The notes below the pieces were generated by a model, which worked only from the letters and a program-made list of their open reading frames with translations, was not told where the DNA came from and ran no database searches. 64,000 nt of DNA, from the NCBI RefSeq assembly GCF_044324785.1, contig NZ_CP172127.1; one strand, 5' to 3'. Shown one piece after another: positions 1 through 14,500 of the stretch (positions are counted from its first letter, which is position 1; every line of letters starts with the position of its first letter). The translations under genes and the position numbers were made by a program. The DNA is from Escherichia coli (lineage in GTDB: Bacteria; Pseudomonadota; Gammaproteobacteria; Enterobacterales; Enterobacteriaceae).

Positions 1-134
1 GAGCACTTCCCTGGGCCAAACTGACAAATAAAATAGCCTAATGGGACAGGCGCTAAGAAAATTGTTGCGCATTATAGCTAATAAGCGCGTCATGTCATAA
101 AGTTGAGGGCTTATTTTCATTTGAGGACCGCACC

Positions 135-1244
135 GTGGCGACATTAACCCGGCTTTTTATTCATCCTGTTAAATCGATGCGCGGCATTGGTCTTACACAT
201 GCTCTGGCAGATGTCAGTGGTCTGGCCTTCGATCGCATCTTTATGATCACGGAACCTGACGGTACGTTTATTACCGCTCGCCAGTTTCCCCAGATGGTAC
301 GGTTTACTCCTTCACCTGTGCATGATGGCTTGCATCTCACCGCACCAGATGGCAGTAGCGCATATGTTCGTTTTGCTGATTTCGCCACACAAGACGCACC
401 AACCGAAGTTTGGGGCACACATTTTACCGCGCGAATTGCGCCAGGCGCGATCAACAAATGGCTAAGTGGATTTTTCTCCCGCGAAGTGCAATTACGCTGG
501 GTGGGGCCACAAATGACCCGGCGCGTGAAACGCCACAACACTGTACCTCTGTCATTTGCTGATGGCTATCCTTACCTTCTTGCTAACGAAGCCTCGTTAC
601 GTGATCTCCAACAACGTTGTCCAGCCAGTGTAAAAATGGAGCAATTCCGCCCCAATCTGGTGGTTTCCGGCGCGTCCGCCTGGGAAGAAGATAGCTGGAA
701 AGTGATTCGCATTGGTGATGTGGTATTTGATGTGGTTAAACCTTGTAGCCGCTGTATTTTCACCACCGTCAGCCCAGAAAAAGGGCAAAAACATCCGGCA
801 GGCGAACCATTAAAAACATTGCAATCTTTCCGCACTGCCCAGGATAACGGCGATGTCGATTTTGGTCAGAATTTAATTGCCCGTAATAGCGGCGTAATTC
901 GCGTTGGCGATGAGGTGGAAATTCTGGCAACGGCTCCGGCTAAAATTTACGGCGCAGCCGCCGCTGATGATACCGTCAACATCACGCAACAACCGGACGC
1001 AAATGTAGATATTGACTGGCAGGGACAGGCATTTCGTGGAAATAACCAGCAGGTGTTGCTGGAGCAATTAGAAAATCAGGGAATTCGTATCCCTTATTCT
1101 TGCCGCGCGGGCATTTGTGGAAGTTGCCGTGTTCAGCTTTTAGAAGGCGAAGTCACGCCGCTGAAAAAATCAGCAATGGGCGATGATGGCACCATTCTTT
1201 GCTGTAGCTGTGTACCGAAGACTGCGCTTAAGCTGACGCGTTAG
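135..1244 (+). CDS. ycbX: MOSC-domain 2Fe-2S protein YcbX (369 aa, GTG start)
   Basis: 369-aa ORF with C-terminal ferredoxin-like cysteine cluster ([11 protein letters not shown] ... CCSC); matches recalled E. coli YcbX length and N-terminus [17 protein letters not shown]. Confidence 0.9.
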   Translation: MATLTRLFIHPVKSMRGIGLTHALADVSGLAFDRIFMITEPDGTFITARQFPQMVRFTPSPVHDGLHLTAPDGSSAYVRFADFATQDAPTEVWGTHFTARIAPGAINKWLSGFFSREVQLRWVGPQMTRRVKRHNTVPLSFADGYPYLLANEASLRDLQQRCPASVKMEQFRPNLVVSGASAWEEDSWKVIRIGDVVFDVVKPCSRCIFTTVSPEKGQKHPAGEPLKTLQSFRTAQDNGDVDFGQNLIARNSGVIRVGDEVEILATAPAKIYGAAAADDTVNITQQPDANVDIDWQGQAFRGNNQQVLLEQLENQGIRIPYSCRAGICGSCRVQLLEGEVTPLKKSAMGDDGTILCCSCVPKTALKLTR

Positions 1245-1783
1245 ACTGCCTGTTCGAGGCTGAAGCTGTCCGCATTAACCTGCGGTTTCAGCCTGTCGTT
1301 CATGATTTTAATGGCGTCGCCCAACTGCATCGTGCGACCCGCAATAACAACGCAGGGTTGGGCCAGCAGGCATAGTGCGGCATTTTCGCCAGATTCAATG
1401 ACCAGCAAATTGACCTGCTCGTGAGTATCGCTCAACCAAACGCAGGCCGCATCGCCCGGCATGGGCATCCACATTTCACCATGAGATACAAAATGCCAGC
1501 TTTTCGGCATTTGCGGTTTGAGATAACGAATTGCTACCAGTGCATTAAGCACCAGTTCGGCTTTTTGTTCTTTAGATAAATTAAAATCGCGGCATTTTTC
1601 TTCAAATGAGAAATAGAGCGCTGCATCATCAACACAAAAAACGGAGGGATTAAAGGCATCTGGTGTGAGCATTTTACGAGCAAAACGCGAGCGAAATAAC
1701 ATACCATTGGCTAAATCGAGCATCATTCGATCGTGCTCTTCATCATAATACCAGCGCCAGTTATCGTCAGGTTTAATTCGCAT
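1241..1783 (-). CDS. zapC: cell division protein ZapC (180 aa)
   Basis: 180-aa ORF beginning [24 protein letters not shown]; 4-bp overlap with ycbX stop; conserved position between ycbX and pyrD. Confidence 0.9.
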   Translation of the reverse strand: MRIKPDDNWRWYYDEEHDRMMLDLANGMLFRSRFARKMLTPDAFNPSVFCVDDAALYFSFEEKCRDFNLSKEQKAELVLNALVAIRYLKPQMPKSWHFVSHGEMWMPMPGDAACVWLSDTHEQVNLLVIESGENAALCLLAQPCVVIAGRTMQLGDAIKIMNDRLKPQVNADSFSLEQAV

Positions 1784-1956
1784 GCGGATTCTCCCACCTA
1801 AATCATTCTGCGCAACATTGTCCTTTGCCGCTTCGTTTATTGCCCTAAATAAGAAAAGACTAAAATGTATAAATAAGCAACAGGTAAGGAATATAAAACA
1901 ACCAGGGCTGGAAATAAAGCCCCGGTTGTCTCATAACGTTAAAAAGGAGAAATTAA

Positions 1957-2967
1957 TCAGATATTGCTAACGATTTCTTTAATCAAAGGCGGTCCTTTGA
2001 AAATAAATCCCGAATAAATTTGCACCAGCGTTGCACCCGCAGCAATCTTTTCACGCGCAGCGATAACCGAGTCAATGCCGCCAACACCGATGATCGGTAA
2101 GCGACCGTTTAATTCCTGTGACAAGCGGCGAATAATTTCTGTGCTTTTTAACTGAAGCGGACGACCACTTAAGCCACCGGTTTGATCACAATTTTTCATT
2201 CCCTGAACCAGAGAACGATCGAGCGTGGTATTGGTTGCAATAACGCCATCAATATTATGGCGAACTAAACTATCGGCAACCTGGATCAATTCTTCTTCAG
2301 AAAGATCCGGCGCGATCTTCACTGCGATCGGCACATATTTATGGTGCATCGCTTGCAAATCATTTTGCTTATTTTTAATCGCGGTTAAGAGATCATCCAG
2401 CGCTTCGCCATATTGCAGTGTGCGTAGTCCTGGGGTATTCGGCGATGAAATATTGATGGCGATATATCCCGCATAAGCATAGATTTTTTCCATACAAATC
2501 AGATAGTCATCTTTACCCTGCTCCACCGGCGTATCTTTATTTTTGCCGATGTTAATACCCAGGACGCCATCATAATGGGCTTTTTTTACGTTCTCTACGA
2601 GGTTATCAACGCCAAGATTATTAAAGCCCATACGGTTGATCAAACCTTCGGCATCTACCAGACGAAAGAGACGCGGCTTGTCATTACCTGGCTGTGGACG
2701 TGGCGTGACGGTACCGATCTCGATCGATCCAAATCCCATCGCGCCTAACGCGTCAATGCACTCCCCGTCTTTATCAAGACCGGCTGCCAGACCAAGCGGA
2801 TTTTTAAACGTCAGGCCCATGCAGTTAACAGGTTTCGCAGGCACTTTCTGCCGCACCAGTGCTTCAAACGGCGTTCCGGTAATGCGGCGTAATTGCTGAA
2901 AAGTAAACTCATGAGCGCGCTCTGGATCGAGCTGGAAAAGGGCTTTACGAACGAAGGGGTAGTACAT
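1957..2967 (-). CDS. pyrD: dihydroorotate dehydrogenase (quinone), 336 aa
   Basis: Class 2 DHODH sequence; ORF-track start at 2994 trimmed to the ATG at 2967 ([11 protein letters not shown]) giving the canonical 336 aa. Confidence 0.95.
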   Translation of the reverse strand: MYYPFVRKALFQLDPERAHEFTFQQLRRITGTPFEALVRQKVPAKPVNCMGLTFKNPLGLAAGLDKDGECIDALGAMGFGSIEIGTVTPRPQPGNDKPRLFRLVDAEGLINRMGFNNLGVDNLVENVKKAHYDGVLGINIGKNKDTPVEQGKDDYLICMEKIYAYAGYIAINISSPNTPGLRTLQYGEALDDLLTAIKNKQNDLQAMHHKYVPIAVKIAPDLSEEELIQVADSLVRHNIDGVIATNTTLDRSLVQGMKNCDQTGGLSGRPLQLKSTEIIRRLSQELNGRLPIIGVGGIDSVIAAREKIAAGATLVQIYSGFIFKGPPLIKEIVSNI

Positions 2968-3077
2968 GAACTCTCCTGGATTCCCGGTGTGCAAACCGGG
3001 GGCGTATTATGTGCGAGTTCGGACCAAAAGGGAATTGACCTGTGGCAAAAAAAGCGCAAACGTTTTCCGAACCTGTT

Positions 3078-3788
3078 TCAGAGCAGATTTTGCTCCTTCT
3101 TTGCACTCAACCCGCCGTAATCATTTATCGTCCGCCAGGAGACATGACACGGTGCTATTGCCTGACACCAGCTTGTCTGACGCTGGCTTTTAGGTGGCAC
3201 AACTCCCGCATTACTTAACGCTTTACCATTTACGCTCACCTGAATCAGGTTAATGTAGTAAGGCGTTGGGTTAGTGAGTTGTACACCCTGCGAATTCCGT
3301 GTCCAGCGTAATTGTTGATAAGCTTCCAGCGGGTCGCCCGGCAAACCTTCGGGTCGCCAGAACAGTTTAAATACCGAGCGCATCGCCACTTTTACGCTCT
3401 GATTTTCAACTTTGCCGGATGGTACGCTGGCAATGCTTAACTCAAATAGCGTTTCGCGATCCACAGGCAAAATGCCGCTTTCCGTTCTCAGCAAGCGCAA
3501 CGTGCCTGTAGTACCGGGCTTCAGGAGAACAAGTGGTGGAGCGACCAGTAGTGGTGCTGACCCTGTCGATGCTTCGCCCCCGGCCCAACGCGTTGGGCGA
3601 TTGATTTTACTGTTAATAAGCCAGGATTCCTGACTGGTATTAGTCAGTGAAATAGATATCGATTCTCTGTCTGCCGGGAAGATAAATCGCGTTCCGCCAA
3701 CCACCACTCCTGCCTGCAATTTCCCCGCCACCAGCAGCGATAAAACGGCAAAAATCGCGAGCGTCAATCTGTTCCACGTATTAGTCAT
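3078..3788 (-). CDS. ycbF: periplasmic fimbrial chaperone (PapD-like), YcbF
   Basis: Signal peptide followed by chaperone-like sequence; last gene of the ycb fimbrial cluster; start trimmed to MTNTWNR at 3788. Confidence 0.85.
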   Translation of the reverse strand: MTNTWNRLTLAIFAVLSLLVAGKLQAGVVVGGTRFIFPADRESISISLTNTSQESWLINSKINRPTRWAGGEASTGSAPLLVAPPLVLLKPGTTGTLRLLRTESGILPVDRETLFELSIASVPSGKVENQSVKVAMRSVFKLFWRPEGLPGDPLEAYQQLRWTRNSQGVQLTNPTPYYINLIQVSVNGKALSNAGVVPPKSQRQTSWCQAIAPCHVSWRTINDYGGLSAKKEQNLL

Positions 3789-4296
3789 AATGAAGTACAA
3801 ATGTCGCGCTGGCATTCACTTTACCCGACTGCACATCGCTATTAACAGGTCGCAATTGCGCATAAAAAGTTAATGGCACCTTACCGCTATGTAGGCTGTA
3901 GTCTTTACTCGCCTGGTTAAGCGGAATCAATATTTTCGCATCATCCAGAATCGCAATTGCCAGCCCGCTGGCTGCATCCGTACCACTTTCAATGGACAGC
4001 ATTTCGCTCTGCACTCCGTCGGGGGCTCCTGAAAAGGTGACGTCAACCGTGCTGACATCTGTTCCGCAATCCTGCAAATTAATAATGAAAGATTTCTCCG
4101 GGCCAAAATTCCCATTAGAAAAACGTGTCAGCGAGACATCGCCTAACTGCACATTGATTTGCTTGCTATCCTGTGCCAGCACGCATGTATTACGGCGAAA
4201 CGATCCGCTAATGTTAACCGTGCCATCATGGGCAAATAGCTCACAGCTTCCCATTAATCCCAGTAAGCACAGCATCCAGATTATCCGTTTCAACAT
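3781..4296 (-). CDS. ycbV: fimbrial-like subunit YcbV
   Basis: About 171 aa with signal peptide and C-terminal fimbrial-subunit-like ending (ATFVLHYD); start trimmed to MLKRIIWM at 4296. Confidence 0.8.
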   Translation of the reverse strand: MLKRIIWMLCLLGLMGSCELFAHDGTVNISGSFRRNTCVLAQDSKQINVQLGDVSLTRFSNGNFGPEKSFIINLQDCGTDVSTVDVTFSGAPDGVQSEMLSIESGTDAASGLAIAILDDAKILIPLNQASKDYSLHSGKVPLTFYAQLRPVNSDVQSGKVNASATFVLHYD

Positions 4297-4303
4297 CACT
4301 CCT

Positions 4304-4846
4304 TCACTGGTAAACCAGATCAAAATAGAGAACCGCCGTCGCATTACCGCCCGTTGCGCCCGCCTTTGTGGACTTATAGCGGAGTTGATATTTGAGTGTG
4401 TTATCCCCCGCTTTTAAGGGCGTAAGAGGCTGGACCTGATTGAGCGGGATTTCTTGCTGACTTTGCGCATCAAGAATTTGCACGGCAATCCCCGTTGCCA
4501 TACCACCGCCTCCGCCTGTGTCAGTTAGTTTGAGCAGTGTCGGCACAAGGGTGTCAGCCTCACCGCTAAAAAGGACGTCCGCGCCAGTAATACCAGCGGC
4601 ACAACCGGTGATATCGATATTCAAATCAGCAGCAGTGCTTACGGTATTCGCGGCCTGAAAATCACTGATATTAAAATCACCAATATGAATATTTTGTAAT
4701 GCACTTTTGGTGGCGACATCACAGCCCTGATCGACCACATTCCCATAAATATGCATACTAACTTGTTCAGGCCCAGCCATCCCGACATGGATGTTAAGAT
4801 TGCTAAAGAACAAGATAACGCACTGAAATATCGTTTTTTTCTTCAT
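4304..4846 (-). CDS. ycbU: fimbrial-like subunit YcbU
   Basis: 180-aa secreted protein with pilin-like C-terminus (AVLYFDLVYQ). Confidence 0.8.
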   Translation of the reverse strand: MKKKTIFQCVILFFSNLNIHVGMAGPEQVSMHIYGNVVDQGCDVATKSALQNIHIGDFNISDFQAANTVSTAADLNIDITGCAAGITGADVLFSGEADTLVPTLLKLTDTGGGGGMATGIAVQILDAQSQQEIPLNQVQPLTPLKAGDNTLKYQLRYKSTKAGATGGNATAVLYFDLVYQ

Positions 4847-4857
4847 ACGTTCACGCG

Positions 4858-8519
<3,662 letters not shown>

Positions 8520-8543
8520 CTCGCTCTCTTAACTGAAGACGGC

Positions 8544-9245
8544 TTACGATTTACAGTTGAGTTGCGGCGTTTCCGCCCCGTAGTCATTGATGGTTCGGTA
8601 CGTTACGCTACTGTTTTGAGCACCCTTTGGCAGAGGGAATTGGTATTTATCAAAGGGGGAAATCATTTGATTTTTAACTACTTTTCCACCTATTTTCAGG
8701 TCTGTCAGGGTAATGAAATAAGGTGTTGGGTTACTGACCGTAACCATGTCAGCTGACGAAGTGCAACGCAGTTTCGCCGGAGCCTCGGCTAAGGGATACG
8801 CTAAACCTTTTGGTCGCCAGAAAAGTTTGATGACGCTTTGTGTGGCAATCTTCAGGGTATTGCCTTCTTCCCGCTTCGTTGTTGAAGGGACTGCCCGTAC
8901 GCTGGTGAAGAAAAGAGTTTCTCTGTCTTTCGCCAACGGCGCACCAATATACATAATGCGTAACAGATTCTCGTTTGCCGGATTCAGCACAAATAGCGGT
9001 GGTGTAATAATAAAGTCCGCTGACTTTTTATTATCTGGGGTCATCACCCATGACTGAATAAGATAAGGAACATCCGGACTGGTGTTACGTACACCCAGTG
9101 AAATTTGCTCTTCACCTTCCGAATAAACAAGACGTGTTGCTGCAAGTCCGACCCCACCTTTACCTGCCGCCCATGTGAACGAACAGCTGAGTAATATTGC
9201 CGTTAAACTTACGGTCACAATTCCCTTTGTTATGCAAGTTTTCAT
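8544..9245 (-). CDS. elfD: periplasmic fimbrial chaperone ElfD (YcbR)
   Basis: 233-aa PapD-family chaperone sequence with signal peptide. Confidence 0.9.
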   Translation of the reverse strand: MKTCITKGIVTVSLTAILLSCSFTWAAGKGGVGLAATRLVYSEGEEQISLGVRNTSPDVPYLIQSWVMTPDNKKSADFIITPPLFVLNPANENLLRIMYIGAPLAKDRETLFFTSVRAVPSTTKREEGNTLKIATQSVIKLFWRPKGLAYPLAEAPAKLRCTSSADMVTVSNPTPYFITLTDLKIGGKVVKNQMISPFDKYQFPLPKGAQNSSVTYRTINDYGAETPQLNCKS

Positions 9246-9327
9246 AAATAGTCACTCTTAAAAAATATGGATATCCCCTCCAGAACACTGGAGGGGTACT
9301 AATTAATAAAACAATTAATGAGTTCTA

Positions 9328-9867
9328 TTAATAATAGTTAATATGGAAATTTGTTACCGCATTCACATTACCAGAAGTCGCTTTCCCCGTAGCGATATAA
9401 TCAACTTTAAAAGTCAACGTCTGATCTCCATCTTGCAACAAAATGTTCCCGGTTTCTGTGTCTGGCGTGATGGCCGTTGTACCATCATTCATATACATTT
9501 GCAGGGCCACGTTTGTAGCAGCATCAGATGAGGCCTGGTTAGCAAACGCTGTAATCTGAGTAGTATCCGCAGTGCCATTAAAGGTGAACGTTGCATTTTT
9601 TGTTACGGTAGTATCACAATCTTTTAATTCAATTGGCACATCAGTTTGCACGCCAGAAACCTGACCATTGGTTTGCAACTTCGTGGCACTAACATCTGGC
9701 AAAGTCACCACGGAATCTTTCGTCGCAGCGACCAGAGTACAAGCTGGAGCAATAACTTTACCATTAAATGTTACTGAGCCATCCGTGATAGCATTATCAT
9801 CAGCAGCCATAACGCTGGACGTTGCACATACCACAGTTATAAACGCCGTCAATACACTTTTTTTCAT
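9328..9867 (-). CDS. elfA: major fimbrial subunit ElfA (YcbQ)
   Basis: About 179 aa with signal peptide (MKKSVLTAFITVVCATSSVMA) and pilin C-terminus (TNFHINYY); start trimmed to 9867. Confidence 0.85.
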   Translation of the reverse strand: MKKSVLTAFITVVCATSSVMAADDNAITDGSVTFNGKVIAPACTLVAATKDSVVTLPDVSATKLQTNGQVSGVQTDVPIELKDCDTTVTKNATFTFNGTADTTQITAFANQASSDAATNVALQMYMNDGTTAITPDTETGNILLQDGDQTLTFKVDYIATGKATSGNVNAVTNFHINYY

Positions 9868-10222
9868 CGTTATCATCCTGATCTCTTCGTAAATATGATA
9901 ATGCCTTTAAATGACATTAGACTTAATAATAACAATAATTGTCCGCCATTTAAATCAAGCATACTAAATCCAATAAGTGACAAATCTTTAATTTATAGAT
10001 TTCATGAATATTTAAATATTAACTGAACGAGTAATTCATTGATTCAACATCTAATGACTATCCAATAAATAAATATGCGTGATATATAAAGCCCTTTCTT
10101 TAGTTTATTTTCAGAAAAAGATACACAAAATTTATATTTGGCATTTTCTTGTCTCTCCGACAGACTGACCGAATTGTTATCAATGTTAACAAAACAAGAA
10201 CAATTGGTTATAAGGAGAGAGT

Positions 10223-10798
10223 ATGCGTGTCATCACCCTGGCGGGTAGTCCTCGCTTTCCTTCTCGCTCCAGCTCCTTGCTGGAATATGCGCGGGAAAAA
10301 CTGAATGGCCTGGATGTAGAGGTTTATCACTGGAATCTGCAAAACTTCGCCCCGGAAGATCTACTTTATGCTCGTTTCGATAGTCCGGCACTCAAGACCT
10401 TCACCGAACAGCTGCAACAGGCTGATGGACTGATAGTCGCTACACCTGTGTATAAAGCCGCCTATTCCGGCGCGCTGAAAACCCTGCTCGACCTGCTGCC
10501 AGAGCGCGCTTTGCAAGGCAAAGTGGTGCTGCCGCTGGCGACAGGCGGCACGGTGGCTCATCTTTTGGCGGTCGATTATGCCCTTAAGCCAGTTTTAAGT
10601 GCGCTGAAAGCCCAGGAGATCCTGCACGGCGTGTTTGCCGATGACTCACAAGTAATTGATTACCACCACAAACCCCAGTTCACGCCAAATCTGCAAACCC
10701 GTCTTGATACCGCGCTGGAAACTTTCTGGCAGGCATTGCACCGTCGGGATGTTCAGGTTCCTGACCTTCTGTCTCTGCGAGGTAATGCCCATGCGTAA
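10223..10798 (+). CDS. ssuE: NADPH-dependent FMN reductase SsuE
   Basis: 191-aa ORF; first gene of ssuEADCB. Confidence 0.9.
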   Translation: MRVITLAGSPRFPSRSSSLLEYAREKLNGLDVEVYHWNLQNFAPEDLLYARFDSPALKTFTEQLQQADGLIVATPVYKAAYSGALKTLLDLLPERALQGKVVLPLATGGTVAHLLAVDYALKPVLSALKAQEILHGVFADDSQVIDYHHKPQFTPNLQTRLDTALETFWQALHRRDVQVPDLLSLRGNAHA

Positions 10799-11750
10799 GA
10801 TCATTAAACTGGCGCTGGCGGGCTTACTTAGCGTCTCTACACTTGCTGTTGCCGCGGAGTCTTCGCCAGAGGCGTTACGGATTGGCTATCAGAAAAGCAA
10901 CATCAGTTCGGTGCTGGCGAAAAATTACCAAATGCTGGAAAAACGCTATCCGCAAACAAAAATCTTCTGGGTGGAGTTCCCGGCTGGCCCGCAGATGCTG
11001 GAGGCACTGAACGTCGGTAGTATCGATCTGGGTAGTACGGGAGATATTCCGCCAATCTTTGCTCAGGCCGCCGGGGCTGATTTGCTGTATGTGGGTGTCG
11101 AGCCACCGAAGCCAAAAGCCGAAGTGATTCTGGTGGCAGAAAATAGTCCGATCAAAACCGTAGCCGATCTTAAAGGTCACAAAGTTGCCTTTCAGAAAGG
11201 TTCCAGTTCACACAACCTTTTACTGCGTGCACTGCGTCAGGCCGGACTTAAGTTTACCGATATACAACCCACTTACCTGACACCCGCTGATGCCCGCGCC
11301 GCGTTCCAGCAAGGTAACGTTGACGCCTGGGCTATCTGGGATCCCTACTACTCCGCTGCATTATTACAGGGCGGCGTGCGGGTGCTGAAAGACGGCACCG
11401 ATCTCAATCAAACCGGATCGTTTTATCTGGCTGCCCGTCCGTATGCAGAAAAAAACGGCGCATTTATTCAGGGTGTACTGGCAACCTTTAGTGAGGCCGA
11501 TGCGTTAACCCGCAGCCAGCGCGAGCAAAGCATCGCCTTATTGGCAAAAACGATGGGCTTACCGGCCCCGGTGATTGCCTCGTATCTGGATCATCGCCCT
11601 CCCACCACCATCAAACCGGTTAACGCCGAAGTTGCCGCCTTACAGCAGCAAACGGCAGATCTGTTTTATGAAAACCGTCTGGTGCCGAAAAAAGTCGATA
11701 TTCGCCAGCGTATCTGGCAGCCCACTCAACTGGAAGGAAAACAATTATGA
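10791..11750 (+). CDS. ssuA: aliphatic sulfonate ABC transporter periplasmic binding protein SsuA
   Basis: 319 aa from the ATG at 10791 ([21 protein letters not shown] signal peptide); 8-bp overlap with ssuE; ORF-track start over-extended. Confidence 0.9.
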   Translation: MRKIIKLALAGLLSVSTLAVAAESSPEALRIGYQKSNISSVLAKNYQMLEKRYPQTKIFWVEFPAGPQMLEALNVGSIDLGSTGDIPPIFAQAAGADLLYVGVEPPKPKAEVILVAENSPIKTVADLKGHKVAFQKGSSSHNLLLRALRQAGLKFTDIQPTYLTPADARAAFQQGNVDAWAIWDPYYSAALLQGGVRVLKDGTDLNQTGSFYLAARPYAEKNGAFIQGVLATFSEADALTRSQREQSIALLAKTMGLPAPVIASYLDHRPPTTIKPVNAEVAALQQQTADLFYENRLVPKKVDIRQRIWQPTQLEGKQL

Positions 11751-12892
11751 GTCTGAATATGTTCTGGTTTTTACCGACCCATGGTGACGGGCATTATCTG
11801 GGAACGGAAGAAGGTTCACGCCCGGTTGATCACGGTTATCTGCAACAAATTGCGCAAGCGGCGGATCGTCTGGGCTATACCGGTGTGCTAATCCCAACGG
11901 GGCGATCGTGTGAAGATGCGTGGTTGGTGGCGGCGTCGATGATCCCGGTGACGCAGCGGCTGAAGTTTCTTGTCGCCCTGCGCCCCAGCGTAACCTCACC
12001 TACCGTTGCCGCCCGCCAGGCCGCCACGCTTGACCGTCTCTCTAATGGACGTGCGTTGTTTAACCTGGTCACAGGCAGCGATCCACAAGAACTGGCAGGC
12101 GACGGCGTGTTCCTTGATCATAGCGAGCGCTACGAAGCCTCGGCGGAATTTACCCAGGTCTGGCGGCGTTTATTGCTGGGCGAAACCGTCGATTTCAACG
12201 GTAAACATATTCATGTGCGGGGAGCCAAACTGCTCTTCCCGCCGATTCAACAGCCGTATCCTCCGCTTTACTTTGGCGGATCGTCAGACGTCGCCCAGGA
12301 GCTGGCGGCAGAACAAGTTGATCTCTACCTCACCTGGGGCGAACCGCCAGAACTGGTTAAAGAGAAAATCAAACAAGTGCGGGCGAAAGCTGCCGCGCAT
12401 GGACGCAAAATTCGTTTCGGTATTCGTCTGCATGTGATTGTTCGTGAAACCAACGACGAAGCGTGGCAGGCCGCCGAGCGGTTAATCTCGCATCTTGATG
12501 ATGAAACTATCGCCAAAGCACAGGCCGCATTCGCCCGGACGGATTCCGTAGGACAACAGCGGATGGCGGCGCTCCATAACGGCAAGCGCGACAATCTGGA
12601 GATCAGCCCCAATTTATGGGCGGGCGTTGGCTTAGTGCGCGGCGGTGCCGGGACGGCGCTAGTGGGCGATGGTCCGACGGTCGCCGCGCGGATCAACGAA
12701 TACGCTGCACTTGGCATCGACAGTTTTGTGCTTTCGGGCTACCCGCATCTGGAAGAAGCGTATCGGGTTGGCGAATTGCTGTTCCCGCATCTGGATGTCG
12801 CCATCCCGGAAATTCCCCAGCCGCAGCCGCTGAATCTGCAAGGCGAAGCGGTGGCAAATGATTTTATCCCCCGTAAAGTCGCGCAAAGCTAA
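11747..12892 (+). CDS. ssuD: FMNH2-dependent alkanesulfonate monooxygenase SsuD
   Basis: 381-aa luciferase-like monooxygenase; 4-bp overlap with ssuA. Confidence 0.95.
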   Translation: MSLNMFWFLPTHGDGHYLGTEEGSRPVDHGYLQQIAQAADRLGYTGVLIPTGRSCEDAWLVAASMIPVTQRLKFLVALRPSVTSPTVAARQAATLDRLSNGRALFNLVTGSDPQELAGDGVFLDHSERYEASAEFTQVWRRLLLGETVDFNGKHIHVRGAKLLFPPIQQPYPPLYFGGSSDVAQELAAEQVDLYLTWGEPPELVKEKIKQVRAKAAAHGRKIRFGIRLHVIVRETNDEAWQAAERLISHLDDETIAKAQAAFARTDSVGQQRMAALHNGKRDNLEISPNLWAGVGLVRGGAGTALVGDGPTVAARINEYAALGIDSFVLSGYPHLEEAYRVGELLFPHLDVAIPEIPQPQPLNLQGEAVANDFIPRKVAQS

Positions 12893-12903
12893 GGAACACG
12901 ATA

Positions 12904-13695
12904 ATGGCAACGCCAGTGAAAAAGTGGTTATTGCGCGTTGCCCCCTGGTTTTTACCGGTGGGCATCGTGGCGGTGTGGCAACTGGCCTCCTCAGTTGGCT
13001 GGCTGTCAACACGTATTTTGCCCTCACCGGAAGGGGTGGTGATGGCGTTCTGGGCGCTCTCCGCCAGCGGCGAATTGTGGCAGCATCTGGCGATCAGCTC
13101 CTGGCGGGCGCTCATTGGCTTTTCAATTGGCGGATCGCTGGGCTTGATTCTGGGACTGATTAGCGGGCTGTCGCGCTGGGGAGAACGGCTGCTGGATACC
13201 TCAATTCAGATGTTGCGCAACGTGCCGCATCTGGCGCTGATCCCGCTGGTGATTTTGTGGTTTGGCATTGATGAATCCGCAAAAATCTTTCTGGTCGCAC
13301 TCGGTACGCTATTCCCCATTTATATCAACACCTGGCATGGCATCCGTAATATCGATCGCGGGCTGGTGGAGATGGCGCGTAGCTATGGATTATCCGGCAT
13401 ACCGCTGTTTATCCATGTGATCCTGCCTGGCGCCCTGCCCTCAATTATGGTCGGCGTGCGTTTTGCGTTGGGCCTGATGTGGCTGACGCTGATTGTTGCC
13501 GAAACCATTTCTGCCAATTCTGGCATTGGTTATCTGGCGATGAATGCGCGGGAGTTTTTGCAAACGGACGTGGTGGTGGTCGCCATTATTCTTTACGCCC
13601 TGCTCGGCAAACTGGCTGACGTCAGCGCACAGCTGTTAGAGCGCCTCTGGTTGCGCTGGAACCCGGCTTATCATTTGAAGGAGGCCACGGTATGA
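12904..13695 (+). CDS. ssuC: aliphatic sulfonate ABC transporter permease SsuC
   Basis: 263-aa multi-pass membrane protein with ABC permease-like sequence. Confidence 0.9.
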
Positions 13696-14459
13696 ATACT
13701 GCTCGTCTGAACCAGGGCACACCATTGTTGCTCAATGCAGTAAGCAAACATTACGCGGAAAATATCGTCCTGAACCAACTGGATTTACATATTCCGGCTG
13801 GTCAGTTTGTGGCGGTGGTGGGCCGCAGCGGTGGTGGCAAAAGTACCCTGCTGCGCCTGCTGGCAGGTCTGGAAACGCCAACCGCTGGCGATGTGTTAGC
13901 GGGCACCACACCGCTGGCTGAAATTCAGGAAGACACGCGAATGATGTTTCAGGATGCGCGTCTGCTGCCGTGGAAATCGGTGATTGATAACGTTGGGTTA
14001 GGCCTTAAAGGCCAGTGGCGCGATGCCGCGCGTCGGGCGCTGGCTGCAGTAGGACTGGAGAATCGCGCAGGGGAATGGCCTGCCGCACTTTCTGGCGGGC
14101 AGAAACAGCGTGTGGCGCTGGCAAGAGCGTTGATTCATCGACCGGGTTTATTATTGCTTGATGAACCGCTCGGGGCGCTGGACGCCCTGACTCGGCTCGA
14201 GATGCAGGATTTGATTGTGTCACTTTGGCAGGAGCACGGCTTTACCGTACTGTTGGTGACGCATGATGTGAGCGAAGCGGTAGCAATGGCTGACCGGGTG
14301 TTGTTAATTGAAGAGGGAAAAATTGGTCTGGATTTGACGGTGGATATCCCCCGTCCGCGCCGGTTAGGGTCGGTGCGATTAGCGGAGCTGGAAGCGGAAG
14401 TGTTGCAACGGGTGATGCAGCGTGGTGAATCTGAAACTCGCCTGAGAAAACAGGGGTAA
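13692..14459 (+). CDS. ssuB: aliphatic sulfonate ABC transporter ATPase SsuB
   Basis: 255 aa with Walker A (GRSGGGKST), ABC signature (LSGGQKQR) and Walker B (LLLDEP). Confidence 0.9.
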
Positions 14460-14500
14460 ATTCCCGAATGGCGGCGCTATTGCCGCCATTCGGTTATTTA